DNA of 64,000 nucleotides from NCBI RefSeq assembly GCF_054482525.1, contig NZ_CM137006.1; one strand, 5' to 3'. Shown piece by piece: positions 1 to 10,707 of this stretch (position 1 is its first letter; each line of letters starts with the position of its first letter). The notes under the pieces were generated by a model. It saw only the letters and a program-made list of their open reading frames with translations, ran no database searches and was not told where the DNA came from. The position numbers and the translations under genes were made by a program.

Positions 1-945
1 CACGTCCAGACGCCAGTGCAGCTTATTCTCCACGTGCCAGTGATTTCGGATCGCTGTGGCGAACTTTTCTGCGGTTAAATCAGCAGAACTGATATAATAT
101 CTGACCGTCATTTCTGGCTCTTTCTTTTGTTCTGCTATTATTGACCGAAAGGAGACTGCCACGCATAATTTCTTCAGTCCTTTCCATTCAAACGTGAAAT
201 CAATAAGTTCATCAGGGACATCGCAAACAATATGAAGACGGATTTCTTCTCTGCCGTGACTCTTTTCACTTATTTCGTAACTGTCATGCTCTGGATTATT
301 TAATTCTTTCAGCGGAAATTTTCCATCAAAGGCTTTATTTAGTCGTCCCTGATTTCCTTTTACAGCGAATAAATAATCACCGCCCTGTTTTTGCATCTTC
401 TCTGCAATATCTTTCTGGCAACCCATCGCATCAGTTGTGATGATTTTTCCTTTAATATCCAGCATCTTAAGAAGTTCAGGGATAGCTGTGATCTCATTGG
501 ATTTCTCATCCGTCCTGATCTGTCCGATAACCAGACTGTGCATTGTTGAGAACGCACTAATGACATGAATCGCTCCCTTGCGGCGACTCTTGTCATAAGA
601 ATGCCGGAGTGTTTTTCCATCAATTGCGATGACGTCTTTATCATCTGAAGTATGGCAATCTCGCATCCAGTTAATAAAGCACTCGTGAAATTTTGCAGGA
701 CTGATACAGGATACAACTCTGGCGATGGTATCGTGAACAGGAATACCATTTTCAAAATCACCGTATTGTTTTAAAAAATCGAGATGTGTTTCCCCAAAAT
801 CCTCTATATCTTCCCAACCTTCCGCACCCGAAATAACGGCACAAATAGTCAACAGTAGAATATCCGATAATTTATTTTCCACTTTCCAGCCTTGTCTGTA
901 ATCGGGGATAATAGAAATATGTTCCATCAATTTTTTAAGCTCCAT
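1..945 (-). CDS. ISAs1-family (H-repeat-associated, YhhI-like) transposase; C-terminal part lies beyond the window start
   Basis: Minus-strand translation from ATG at 943-945 reads [18 protein letters not shown]...[34 protein letters not shown]..., which I recognise as the E. coli H-rpt/ISAs1 transposase family. The frame stays open to position 1, so it is absent from the supplied ORF track. The 360..761 track ORF is a different frame. Confidence 0.8.
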   Translation of the reverse strand, partial: MELKKLMEHISIIPDYRQGWKVENKLSDILLLTICAVISGAEGWEDIEDFGETHLDFLKQYGDFENGIPVHDTIARVVSCISPAKFHECFINWMRDCHTSDDKDVIAIDGKTLRHSYDKSRRKGAIHVISAFSTMHSLVIGQIRTDEKSNEITAIPELLKMLDIKGKIITTDAMGCQKDIAEKMQKQGGDYLFAVKGNQGRLNKAFDGKFPLKELNNPEHDSYEISEKSHGREEIRLHIVCDVPDELIDFTFEWKGLKKLCVAVSFRSIIAEQKKEPEMTVRYYISSADLTAEKFATAIRNHWHVENKLHWRLDV

Positions 946-1051
946 TTTGTTCTCCTTAATTATGTAAGGAGTATTTGATCATGTATAAGCAATAAAAAAC
1001 AGCTTTAGGTAATGAGGAATATCTCAATTTTTAAACATAAAATGCGAATTA

Positions 1052-1183
1052 CTTAGTACAAAAAAGCAGCGTTACGTGATCTTTCCCTGGTCCCTGTCCC
1101 GGATTGTAGTACCGGTGCCAGTTGTAGTGCAGTTCGGATTCGTCGTCATACTGCTAGCCCGGATGGCGGAGCAGTTGCTCTAG
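1052..1183 (-). pseudogene. Short remnant of an Rhs core 3' end, next to the H-rpt element
   Basis: Minus-strand translation gives ...LLRHPG*QYDDESELHYNWHRYYNPGQGPGKDH..., which parallels the Rhs core end [26 protein letters not shown] seen in both rhs copies here. It contains an in-frame TAG and is bounded by stops. Coordinates approximate. Confidence 0.4.
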
Positions 1184-1225
1184 TCACTCAGAATATTGTA
1201 ATAGTGATAGAGTGCAGTGCCGGTT

Positions 1226-1624
1226 TCAATATCCTAACGCTGGTCTTTTGCCTGTATTAACTGATTTAGCTGGTTTGCTACATATTAATGCCTTCAGATT
1301 TTCCCTTTCCTTGTCTGTGATACTGTCGCAAACCCTACTAGCCCATTCTACTTCACTCTTCTCCAGGCATTCTATTTTCTTATTGCTCATTGTTCTAATG
1401 TTTGGTGTTGCATCTCCATTTAATAACATCCATGTTTCATTTTTCTTCATAAAACATCTTCCATTATGTTCAAAGATATTAGGTGTGAATATATTATCAG
1501 AATCCCATGTTACGACTTGCTCGAGGGCTATATTATCTTGATAGTCCATGCCAGCATTATAATAATCACAAGATATAATTATCATGGAAATAATTATCAC
1601 TAATATATTCCCAAGCATTTCCAT
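1226..1624 (-). CDS. Putative Rhs-associated immunity protein (132 aa, hydrophobic N-terminus with lipobox-like IISC)
   Basis: AT-rich ORF directly downstream of the second rhs copy. Its ATG abuts the stop of the preceding ORF (TAAATG). N-terminal hydrophobic segment MEMLGNILVIIISMIIISC. Position and composition are typical of rhsI genes. Confidence 0.45.
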   Translation of the reverse strand: MEMLGNILVIIISMIIISCDYYNAGMDYQDNIALEQVVTWDSDNIFTPNIFEHNGRCFMKKNETWMLLNGDATPNIRTMSNKKIECLEKSEVEWASRVCDSITDKERENLKALICSKPAKSVNTGKRPALGY

Positions 1625-1873
1625 TTACTTTACCTCTTGAAATTCAAATGGGAATCCAGTGAAAGGACCTTTAGGCATAATATATCTTTGATATCCATAA
1701 AGCTCACCGAGCACTTGTAGGCTTATAGGCGCATTTGTATTCATAGAGGGGTTGTTAAACCCGCACGCCTCAAAAATCATGTTCGTTCGGCTAAAACAAT
1801 TATTTAAAACAGGAAGAGGCCCGAGGTTAATAGTTTTTAGTTTTTTATTAAGGTCTATTGCCTTATTCATCAT
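1625..1873 (-). CDS. Hypothetical 82-aa protein, in the same frame as the upstream rhs stop; toxin tip fragment or small immunity/adaptor protein
   Basis: AT-rich ORF MMNKAIDLNKK... Only 11 sense codons (IIDTTDEEEQC) separate its start from the TGA at 1907-1909 that ends the rhs ORF, in the same frame. No motif recognised. Confidence 0.3.
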   Translation of the reverse strand: MMNKAIDLNKKLKTINLGPLPVLNNCFSRTNMIFEACGFNNPSMNTNAPISLQVLGELYGYQRYIMPKGPFTGFPFEFQEVK

Positions 1874-1906
1874 ACATTGTTCTTCTTCATCTGTTGTATC
1901 TATTAT

Positions 1907-4900
1907 TCAAATCCAGGTATCTCTGCGGGGTTGCATCTTTTTAAAATAATCAGAGACAGAGGCTCCCATCTCATCCCCAGTTCCCGAACTCATTAATCCA
2001 TATCGATTTGCCGCCGCAGCATGCCCAAAAGGATTATCAGGAACGGGGCCGTTACCTATTATCATAGTACTAAGCCCTAATGGATCAACGTGTTGCACTG
2101 GATTCAGCGGATATTGGTACAGATTCCATCCCCCCTTCAGCCCAATCGGGTCCTGGATGATATACCGCCCCTGCAACGGATCGTAGTACCGGTGACGGTT
2201 ATAATACAGCCCCGACTCCTCATCGTGTTGCTGCCCTGGCAGACGGTACGGCTGGTGCAGGTGATGCGGGTTTTCCTCATTCAGCAGGTTGCCCCATTCA
2301 TCATACTCCCCGCTCCACGCCGTATTTCCGTCTTCGCTGATGAGCGCCAGCGGCAGGCCCCGGTGGTCGCAGTGGTAAAGATGAACTTTTCGCGCCGGTG
2401 TGTATTCCGGCTCCACCTGTTTTTCCAGTTGCTCCACCGTCAGCCCGCACTGCGCAAGCCACGCCCGGCTTTCACTGCTCACGCGGTCTGCCCGGATTTC
2501 CCCCTCCAGCCTGTCCAGCAGCCGCACCAGTTCAGCCGGGAACACCACGCCGTGTCCGTCCTCGCTCCCTTCCTGCTGGAGCTTCTCCGCCAGGCTCCGC
2601 CGCTGCGTTTTCTCCCGCTCGCCGTTGTCTGTTTCGATGCGGATGAGCGGTGTGAAGCTTCCCGGCTCGTATACCGTCTGGATACGTGTGCTGTCGGTCT
2701 GCACCGTCGTCAGGTGGTCGCCGTCCCAGCCGTACCACGTCACCTCCGGTTTACGCGACAGCGACATCCACCCCGTCAGGTCACGCTCCCGCCGCCATAC
2801 CCGTTTCGCCATTCGCCGTCCCAGCGGGTCGTAGAGGTAGCGGCTCTCGACCAGTGGCTCTCCATGCTGTATCCGCGTGTAGAACACCAGGCGGTGCTGG
2901 CTGTCGTAGTGGTGGGTCCGCTCGTCGTCCGTCCGTATCACACCCGCCGGGATGCGGTCCGTCTTCTCCGTCAGCCTGCCGTATTCATCGTGGCGGTAGA
3001 CATAGTGCGCATCCTCCGCGATGCGGTTATCCGGCCACACTGTGAGTGTACTGTCCGGGTGCAGCTCCGGGTCCGGCAGCCGGTTGCCCGCCGGGTCCGT
3101 GGCATACGGGATGCGGATGTCCAGGTCCGGTGCGAGGGTGCGCACGCTCTCCAGCCTGCCCGTGGCGCTGTAGCCGTATTCCCGCGTCTGTCGCGGGCCG
3201 CTGATGCGCACCAGGTCGCCGTTGTCATTCCACCCGTAGTCACGGTCATACACCAGGCTGTTCAGGTGCTGACTCTGTAACTGACCTGCGGGGGTGTATG
3301 TGCTGGTCAGTTCATATGCGGAATTACTGCCTGCCATGCTGCCGAAGCTGCGCACCGTCTCACGGTGCAGCCTGTCCCGCGTATACTCGACCAGCGGCGT
3401 CCCGCCCAGCTTCATTCCCGCCAGGTAACCGCTGCCATACGTCAGCCACTCCACCGGCGGCAGGCTGTCCGGCGTGACGCGGTTTGCCAGCCCCTGTTCG
3501 TTGTATGCCTGTTTCGTCTCATGCTGCCACAGCAGTTCCCCCGTCTCCGGGTTCTTCACCGTCTGGCGCTCACTGGTCAGACGGCCTTTATCGTCATAGC
3601 CGTAGTGGACCGCCACACGGTGGCCTTCACTGGTATGGCTGAGGGTGGTTAACCACCCGTGCTCATCCTACTGCCACTGCTCTGCCGGGTCGCCGTTCAC
3701 CGTCCGGTGCGTGATGCGGTCTGCTTCATCGTAGTACCACTGCGTGACCTGCCCCTCATCCTCGCTGCGGATGAGCTGCCCTGTGGCGCTGTACCGGTAA
3801 CGCTGTGTCCTGCCATCAAAGCCGCGCTGCTCCGTCAGGCGGTCCAGCACATCGTAGGTAAATTCACTCCGGCTGCCGTTCTCGTTGGTCAGCACGGTGA
3901 TGCGCCCGGCAGCGTCATACCCCATGCTGCGCGTCAGCCCGCCTTCCGTCACACTCACCGGACGCCCGCGTTTATCATATGCGATGGTGCTGCGTTTACC
4001 GTCCGGTGATATCGTTGCTGTCAGGTCGCCTGCGGCACTGTACTCATAACGGGTTTCACGCCCCTGCGCATCCTTCTGCCCTGTCAGCCTGCCGCGGCTG
4101 TCATAGAGACTATAAATACTGAGACCTTCCTCCCGGTGAACGGCGATTTGTTGACCGTACCGGTCATACTCATACCGCGTCATGTACCCCGAGCAGTCCG
4201 TGAAGGTCCGAAGCTGACCGTACCGGTTTCGCGTTATTCTCCGCGTTACCCCGATTCCGTCTTCCACCGCGCCGGGCAGGCTACTGCGGGGGGGAGTCAT
4301 AAAACCAGCGCGTAATGTTACCGTTGCGCGAGGTCTCTTCTGCCAGTCGGCCCTGACGGTCATATTTCCGGCTGCTGCGTAAACCATCCGGATATGTCAC
4401 TGAAGTCAGTTGCAACTGGCTGTTATAGCCATACCGCACCGTCCTGCCGTCCGGCAGTATCACTGAAGTCAGCTTTCCAGACGCCATATGCAGCCGGTAC
4501 ACCGTCCGCCGCCCCGCCGCATCCGTCTGCGCCTTCAGCCTCCCCGCCTCATCATACTCGCTGCGGGTGATGCTCCCGTCCGCATGCTCCTTCTTCACCA
4601 CCCGCTTCAGGCCACCTTCGCCTTCCGTGTACAGCACCTCCCGCCGGTTCAGGCTGTCCGTGATGGTCACACGGTCCTGCCCGTACTCAAAGCGGTAGTC
4701 AAGTCCCTCCGGGTTGACCTGCTCCGTCACCCGACCGGTATCATCATACCGGTAGCGGCTCTCCGGCCTCCCTGCATAATGGTGCGCCACCATCCGCCCG
4801 GCGTGCTCCGCATCATAAGTAAACCCGCGCACCTGCGTCCCGCTGCGGTCATACACCGCCCGCAGTTCTCCGCTGGCCGTGTACGTGTAGCGCGCCAGCG

Positions 4901-5855
4901 GCGCAGTCGGCTGTTCATCCGGGTATGCCGGGTCGTGTGTCAGCCACACCGCCTCCAGCCGGATACCGTTATCGGCACCGTATTCTGTACCGGCGGGCAG
5001 CGTGTCGGGGAAAGCTGAAGAAGAGGAAGCAGAACGGGGACCTGCAGGGGAAGATAAAGACGTGGCGCGCTGTTTACGGAAGGCTTCCGCCCGCTGCGCC
5101 TGCGTGGTCAGCGCCAGGTGAAAACGACGGCCCGCGCCGTCCGTCACCCTGGTGATTTCGCCAGCCAGTTCGCCTGCGGCCTCGCGGTGGAAAGCCAGTG
5201 AAAGCCCGAAACCGTCCACCACGCCCGTCAGCACCCGGTATGCAGGCGGCTCCGGCGGCAGCACTTCGTCCGCCTCCGGCACCCGCTCCGGCCAGCCGAG
5301 TATCCACCACGGCCCCTGAAGGCTGTTTGCCGCCAGGTACACATGCGGACTCAGGCGAACATCTTCCGGCAGCACCTGCCAGAGCGCGCTTAGCGGCTGC
5401 GAACTGTGCTGCTCCGCCACCCCGCCCCGCGCCAGCCAGAACGACTCACTGCGGCTGTAACTTATCTCGCCGGGAAACAGGGGTTCAAAGTGAATACTCC
5501 TGCCGCCACTGTCGTTGAGTATCAGGCCTTCATCGCGTATCTGTAAGCGGATATCGAAGGGGGCTTTCCAGCCGGGACCAAACACCCCCACCGGCGCGGG
5601 TGTCCTGGTTCGGTAGCTGCTGTAAGCGCGAGAAAGAATAAACGGCAGCGGGCCGGGCAGCGCAAGGTCCGTCTCGCCCGGCAGCACCTTCGCACCCAGT
5701 AGCGGGTTCACCGGGTTAGCATAGGTAATCCCTCCCGGACACACCGAGCAGGCCACTCCTGTCGGCGCACCTATCAGCCCCCCTGCTGAACCCTGCACAA
5801 TATCCAGTCCCTTGCGGGTCATGTCACCCTGCCGCGCCGCCGGTTTTCCGCTCAT
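1907..5855 (-). pseudogene. Second rhs copy (PAAR-like N-terminus plus YD-repeat core), disrupted by a frameshift and a nonsense codon
   Basis: Three consecutive minus-strand ORFs (4281..5855, 3668..4387, 1907..3616) are collinear with the 1181-aa rhs at 7096..10641. The first begins [13 protein letters not shown] like the intact copy. The frame changes inside a run of 7 G (plus strand 4288-4294, C7 on the coding strand). TAG at 3668-3670 sits where the intact copy has TAT in ...EQWQYDGHG. The last ORF ends with [13 protein letters not shown] plus a 54-aa tail. Confidence 0.75.
2860..3600. repeat. Near-identical direct repeat (copy A) shared by the two rhs genes
   Basis: Track ORFs 2971..3249 and 7773..8051 have identical translations, as do the starts of 3365..3652 and 8167..8889; the offset is exactly 4802 bp. 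Protein comparison shows about 250 nearly identical residues. Extent approximate. Confidence 0.7.
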
Positions 5856-5931
5856 GGTTTATTCCTTTTCTTTTACCTTACATGTCCATACAAATAGTTA
5901 CCTATACTGTCTTTGAATATTGCCCTACCAT

Positions 5932-6381
5932 TTAAAGCCCACCTATTTCTTGCGACAGAAAAGGGATTTCTTTTTTAATCCAATCTATCATTTCATTTTT
6001 TTCAAAACATACGTTAATGCCATTCACACTTCCACATTCACCAAAACCATCAAAATAAATTTCACATTTATTATTTTTATTCGAAACAATGTCAACCCCC
6101 CATCTTATATCGTTATTCCCCTCCTTCCTGAAATACTTCATTTGCAATAAATCAATTATCTCACCAGCATAAAAATCGCTAACCCCATTCACCACCACTT
6201 TATGTTTGTATATTCTCTTGAGACCTTCCTTGCTAAGCGGGGTTAAGGTGGTAACATATGCTGGAAGATTAATTATTTCTATCGTTTTCACACTATCTAT
6301 TCCACACAATTCATTCACTCGCCCCATCCCCAATACCGAAGCAGAAAATAGAGACAATAAAACCATCAAATATTTCATCAT
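5932..6381 (-). CDS. Putative immunity protein for the Rhs HExxH toxin tip (149 aa, N-terminal signal peptide)
   Basis: AT-rich ORF directly downstream of the Rhs C-terminal domain. N-terminus MMKYLMVLLSLFSASVLG looks like a signal peptide. Position is typical of rhsI. Confidence 0.5.
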   Translation of the reverse strand: MMKYLMVLLSLFSASVLGMGRVNELCGIDSVKTIEIINLPAYVTTLTPLSKEGLKRIYKHKVVVNGVSDFYAGEIIDLLQMKYFRKEGNNDIRWGVDIVSNKNNKCEIYFDGFGECGSVNGINVCFEKNEMIDWIKKEIPFLSQEIGGL

Positions 6382-6393
6382 AAAAAAATATCA

Positions 6394-7095
6394 CTATTCT
6401 GGCGTGCCATTTATTGTTGCCGTCTGCGTTGGTGTATTCACACGATAATACACTCCATTATATGCTGTTCTGGTACACTCACCTAAAGTTTTCGCCGCAT
6501 GCTGTTCAATTAAAGTGATAACTCTCGCCTCTTCTTTATTTTTATATTGTTCATCCGCACGTCTCACAAGCCCCATATAACCATCCTTATCAATAAGATA
6601 TAAGTGCGCATGAGCAAACTCATGCCCCAAACCTAATGCAGGTGATTGTGATTTCGATTTTAAATCAGTTGAACAAAATAAAGCCGCCTTACCATTCCAA
6701 TATATAGTCATTTTATCCGGGTCAAATCTAACGTCGGTTTCATCAATATACTCTATCTTTATGGTTTCTTCAGAGCTTGATAAAAAATCTATAGCTTCTT
6801 TCATTCGTGAATCTTGTTTTAAATACTCAACAGCCTGATTAAAATCACTTGGATCACCGTTAACATGGAATTTTAAACCCAAAGAATCTATAAACCGAAC
6901 AGGGTTTAATGGATATTTATACAGATTCCATTCACCTCTTAGCCCGATTGGATCCTGGGTGATATACCTTCCCTGTAGCGGGTCATAGTACCGGTTCCGG
7001 TTATAGTACAGTCCTGATTCCTCATCATGCTGCTGCCCCGGCAGACGGTATGGCTGGTGCAGGTGATGCGGGTTCTCCTCATTCAGCAGGTTGCC
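6394..7095 (-). CDS. Rhs C-terminal region: end of core (DPIGL ... [13 protein letters not shown] motif) plus HExxH zincin-like toxin domain, in frame with the upstream rhs but separated from it by TGA
   Basis: Same frame as 7096..10641 (7095-6882=213, a multiple of 3). My translation of 6883..7095 gives [74 protein letters not shown], then the track ORF with ...[25 protein letters not shown]... The track start at 6882 is a TTG inside this frame. Sharp drop in GC after the DSLGL motif. Confidence 0.65.
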   Translation of the reverse strand, partial: GNLLNEENPHHLHQPYRLPGQQHDEESGLYYNRNRYYDPLQGRYITQDPIGLRGEWNLYKYPLNPVRFIDSLGLKFHVNGDPSDFNQAVEYLKQDSRMKEAIDFLSSSEETIKIEYIDETDVRFDPDKMTIYWNGKAALFCSTDLKSKSQSPALGLGHEFAHAHLYLIDKDGYMGLVRRADEQYKNKEEARVITLIEQHAAKTLGECTRTAYNGVYYRVNTPTQTATINGTPE

Positions 7096-10000
7096 TCATT
7101 CATCATATTCCCCACGCCATTCCGTTGCTCCTTCGGTACTGATGAGCGCCAGCGGCAGCCCCCGGTGGTCACAGTGATAAAGATGAATTTTTCGCTCAGG
7201 TAAATAAACCGGCTCTATCTGTGCCGCCAGCCGCTCCACCGTCAGCCCGCACTGTGCCAGCCACTGGCGGCTTTCACTGCTCACGCGGTCTGCCCGGATT
7301 TCCCCCTCCAGCCTGTCCAGCATCCTCACAAGTTCTGCCGGGAACACCACACCGTGGCCGTCCTCGCTTCCTTCCTGCTGCAACTTCTCCGCCAGGCTCC
7401 GCCGCTGCGTTTTCTCCCGCTCGCCGTTGTCTGTTTCGATGCGGATGAGTGGTGTGAAGCTTCCCGGCTCGTATACCGTCTGGATCCGGCTCTGTTGTGT
7501 CTGTATCGTCGTCAGCCTGTCACCGTCCCAGCCGTACCACGTTACCTCCGGTTTACGCGACAGCGACATCCACCCCGTCAGGTCACGTACCCGCCGCCAC
7601 ACCCGTTTACCCGTCCGGCGGCCCAGCGGGTCGTAGAGGTAGCGGCTCTCCACCTGCGGCTCGCCATGCTGTATCCGCGTGTAGAACACCAGGCGGTGCT
7701 GGCTGTCGTAGTGGTGGGTCCGCTCGTCGTCCGTCCGTATCACACCCGCCGGGATGCGGTCCGTCTTCTCCGTCAGCCTGCCGTATTCATCGTGGCGGTA
7801 GACATAGTGCGCATCCTCCGCGATGCGGTTATCCGGCCACACTGTGAGTGTACTGTCCGGGTGCAGCTCCGGGTCCGGCAGCCGGTTGCCCGCCGGGTCC
7901 GTGGCATACGGGATGCGGATGTCCAGGTCCGGTGCGAGGGTGCGCACGCTCTCCAGCCTGCCCGTGGCGCTGTAGCCGTATTCCCGCGTCTGTCGCGGGC
8001 CGCTGATGCGCACCAGGTCGCCGTTGTCATTCCACCCGTAGTCACGGTCATACACCAGGCTGTTCAGGTGCTGACTCTGTAACTGACCTGCGGGGGTGTA
8101 TGTGCTGGTCAGTTCATATGCGGAATTACTGCCTGCCATGCTGCCGAAGCTGCGCACCGTCTCACGGTGCAGCCTGTCCCGCGTATACTCGACCAGCGGC
8201 GTCCCGCCCAGCTTCATTCCCGCCAGGTAACCGCTGCCATACGTCAGCCACTCCACCGGCGGCAGGCTGTCCGGCGTGACGCGGTTTGCCAGCCCCTGCT
8301 CGTTGTATGCGTGTTTCGTCTCATGCTGCCACAGCAGTTCCCCCGTCTCCGGGTTCTCCACCGTCTGGCGTTCGCCGGTCAGGCGGCCTTTATCGTCATA
8401 GCCATAGTGGACGGCAACACGGTGGCCTTCGCTCAGGTGGCTGATTTCTCTCAGCCAGCCGTGGCCATCATACTGCCACTGCTCTGCCGGTTCGCCGTTC
8501 ACCGTGCGGTGAGTGATACGGTCCGATTCATCGTAGTACCAGAGGATGACAAGCCCCTCATCTTCACTCTGCGTGAGTTTTCCGGTCAGGTCATAATGAT
8601 AACGTTGCGTCCGCCCGTCAAAGCCGCCCTGCTGTACCAGGCGGTCCAGCGCATCGTAGCTGAAGTCGCTGTGACTGCCGTTCTCGTTGGTCAGGCTGAT
8701 GACACGTCCTGCCGCGTCATACTCCATACTGCGCGTCAGCCCGCCCTGCGTGGTGCTGACCGCCTTTCCCCACGCATCGTACTGTGTCTCGCTCCGGTTG
8801 CCGTCCGGGGTGATAACGGCAGTCAGGTCGCCTGCGGCGTTGTATTCATACCGCGTTTCACGGCCCTGTGCGTCTTTCACCGAGGTTAACCGGCCACGGT
8901 TGTCATAGCGGCGGTAAAGGCTGATGCCTTCCTCGCGGTGGACCGCCGTCATCTGGCCGAAGCGGTCATACTCATAGCGGGTCTGGTAGCCCGAGCAGTC
9001 GGTGAACGCCAGCAACTGACCGTAGCGGCTCCAGGTCATCTGCCGGGTGCTGCCCGTCGCATCTGTTGTCGTGGCCGGTAATTCACTGTGCGGATTATCA
9101 TAAGCATACCGGATGACGTCCCCACTGCGCGATGTCTCCGATACCAGCCTGTCCCGCTCATCATACGCCCGGCGGCTCTCCAGCCCGTCCGGGTACACCA
9201 CCGCCGTCACCAGGTTCCCGTCGTTATAGTAAAATTTCGTCTCCCGCCCGTCCGGCGTGGTGATGTCCGTGATGTCGCCTGACACCACATTCAGACCGTA
9301 CTCTGTCCGCCGTCCCGCCGCGTCCGTCTGCGCCGTAAGCCGCCCCACCGGGTCATACCCGCTGCGCGTGACGCTGCCGTCCGCCAGTTCTTTTTTCACC
9401 ACCCGCTTCAGCCCGGCCCCGCCTTCTGTATGCAGCACCTCACGCCGGTTCAGGCTGTCCGTGACGGTGATGCGGTCCTGCTCATACTGGTAGCGGTAAC
9501 TCAGGCCTGCCGGGTTCAGCTGCTCCACCACCCGCCCCGCATCGTCGTAGCGGTAGCGCATCTCCGGCCTTCCCGCGTAACGGTGCGCCACCATCCGGCC
9601 CGGGTGCTGCGCGTCATACGTGAAAGCGCGCACCTGCGTATTGCTGCGGTCATATACCGCCAGCAGTTCACCGGCTTCCGTATACGTGTACCGCACCAGT
9701 GGCGCACCGGGCAGGCTCTCCGGGTATGCCGGGTCGTGCATCAGCCACACCGCCGAAAGACGGATGCCCCTGTCGGGGCCGTATTCGGTACCGGGCAGTG
9801 TGTCGGGGAACGCTGAGGCTGAGAGAGGGCGGGAACGGTCAGAAGAAGATAGCGAAGAGGTGCGGGCCTCTTCCGCACGCTGCGCCTGCGTGGTCAGCAC
9901 CAGACGGAACTCCCGCCCGGCACCGTCCGTCACGCCGGTGATTTCCCCGGCCAGGTCACCGGCGGCCTCACGCCGGTACGTCAGCGTCCGCCCGAAGCGG

Positions 10001-10641
10001 TCCGCCAGCCCGGTAAGCACCCGGTACGGCGGCAGCGGCGCTGGCAGTACGTCCTCAGCACCCGGCACCCGCTCTGACCACCCCAGTATCCACCACGGTC
10101 CCTGTGCGCTGTTGGTCGCCAGGTAAAGATGCGGGCTTAACCGGATATCCGGCGGCAGCGACGCCCACAGCCGTGCCAGCGTGTGGCCGTCCGGCTGCGC
10201 TGCCTTACCACCGCGAACCAGCCACATTGACTCGCTGCGGCTGTACACCGCCTCCCCCGGCAGCAGCGGCTCAAGGTGAATGCTCCGCCCGCCGTTGTCG
10301 TTGAGTATCAGTCCGTCATCACGTAGCTGTAAGCGGATATCAGAAGGCGCTTTCCAGCCGGGGCCAAAAATCCCCACCGGCGCAGGCGTCTTCGTCCGGT
10401 AGCTGCTGTAGGTGCGGGAGAGAATGAACGGCAGCGGGCCGGGCAGCGCAAGGTCCGTCTCGCCGGGCAGCACCTTCGCCCCCAGCAGCGGATTTACCGG
10501 GTTGCCCGAAGTCATCCCGCCCGGACACACCGAGCACGCCACGCCGGTGGGCGCGCCAATTCTTACACCTGCCGAACCCTGGACAATGGGACCGCCATAC
10601 TGAGTCATATCTCCCTGACGCGCCGCTGGTTTTCCGCTCAT
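7096..10641 (-). CDS. Rhs-family polymorphic toxin, N-terminal PAAR-like domain plus YD-repeat core (1181 aa), ended early by TGA
   Basis: [25 protein letters not shown]... N-terminus and many YD/RYxYD repeats match E. coli Rhs proteins. RBS and ATG at 10641. Sits directly downstream of vgrG. The stop at 7096-7098 is TGA where the paralogous copy has TGG. Confidence 0.85.
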   Translation of the reverse strand: MSGKPAARQGDMTQYGGPIVQGSAGVRIGAPTGVACSVCPGGMTSGNPVNPLLGAKVLPGETDLALPGPLPFILSRTYSSYRTKTPAPVGIFGPGWKAPSDIRLQLRDDGLILNDNGGRSIHLEPLLPGEAVYSRSESMWLVRGGKAAQPDGHTLARLWASLPPDIRLSPHLYLATNSAQGPWWILGWSERVPGAEDVLPAPLPPYRVLTGLADRFGRTLTYRREAAGDLAGEITGVTDGAGREFRLVLTTQAQRAEEARTSSLSSSDRSRPLSASAFPDTLPGTEYGPDRGIRLSAVWLMHDPAYPESLPGAPLVRYTYTEAGELLAVYDRSNTQVRAFTYDAQHPGRMVAHRYAGRPEMRYRYDDAGRVVEQLNPAGLSYRYQYEQDRITVTDSLNRREVLHTEGGAGLKRVVKKELADGSVTRSGYDPVGRLTAQTDAAGRRTEYGLNVVSGDITDITTPDGRETKFYYNDGNLVTAVVYPDGLESRRAYDERDRLVSETSRSGDVIRYAYDNPHSELPATTTDATGSTRQMTWSRYGQLLAFTDCSGYQTRYEYDRFGQMTAVHREEGISLYRRYDNRGRLTSVKDAQGRETRYEYNAAGDLTAVITPDGNRSETQYDAWGKAVSTTQGGLTRSMEYDAAGRVISLTNENGSHSDFSYDALDRLVQQGGFDGRTQRYHYDLTGKLTQSEDEGLVILWYYDESDRITHRTVNGEPAEQWQYDGHGWLREISHLSEGHRVAVHYGYDDKGRLTGERQTVENPETGELLWQHETKHAYNEQGLANRVTPDSLPPVEWLTYGSGYLAGMKLGGTPLVEYTRDRLHRETVRSFGSMAGSNSAYELTSTYTPAGQLQSQHLNSLVYDRDYGWNDNGDLVRISGPRQTREYGYSATGRLESVRTLAPDLDIRIPYATDPAGNRLPDPELHPDSTLTVWPDNRIAEDAHYVYRHDEYGRLTEKTDRIPAGVIRTDDERTHHYDSQHRLVFYTRIQHGEPQVESRYLYDPLGRRTGKRVWRRVRDLTGWMSLSRKPEVTWYGWDGDRLTTIQTQQSRIQTVYEPGSFTPLIRIETDNGEREKTQRRSLAEKLQQEGSEDGHGVVFPAELVRMLDRLEGEIRADRVSSESRQWLAQCGLTVERLAAQIEPVYLPERKIHLYHCDHRGLPLALISTEGATEWRGEYDE
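7662..8402. repeat. Near-identical direct repeat (copy B) shared by the two rhs genes
   Basis: Counterpart of 2860..3600 at an offset of 4802 bp; see copy A. Confidence 0.7.
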
Positions 10642-10707
10642 GATTCAATTCCTTCTTCTGTTTATTTTTAATGCTTGTTTGTTACTGAATACCGAACAGG
10701 TACGGGA

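Noticed and set aside
360-761. 133-aa minus-strand ORF inside the first kilobase
   Set aside because: Alternate frame within the ISAs1/H-rpt transposase gene, whose real frame runs from ATG at 945 to the window start.
2090-3280. 396-aa plus-strand ORF (and several 60-240 aa ORFs on both strands) inside the rhs copies at 1907..5855 and 7096..10641
   Set aside because: They lie antisense to, or in alternate frames of, clearly homologous Rhs YD-repeat coding sequence. Their translations are Arg/Pro/Ala-rich low-complexity strings, as expected from chance open frames in GC-rich repeats.
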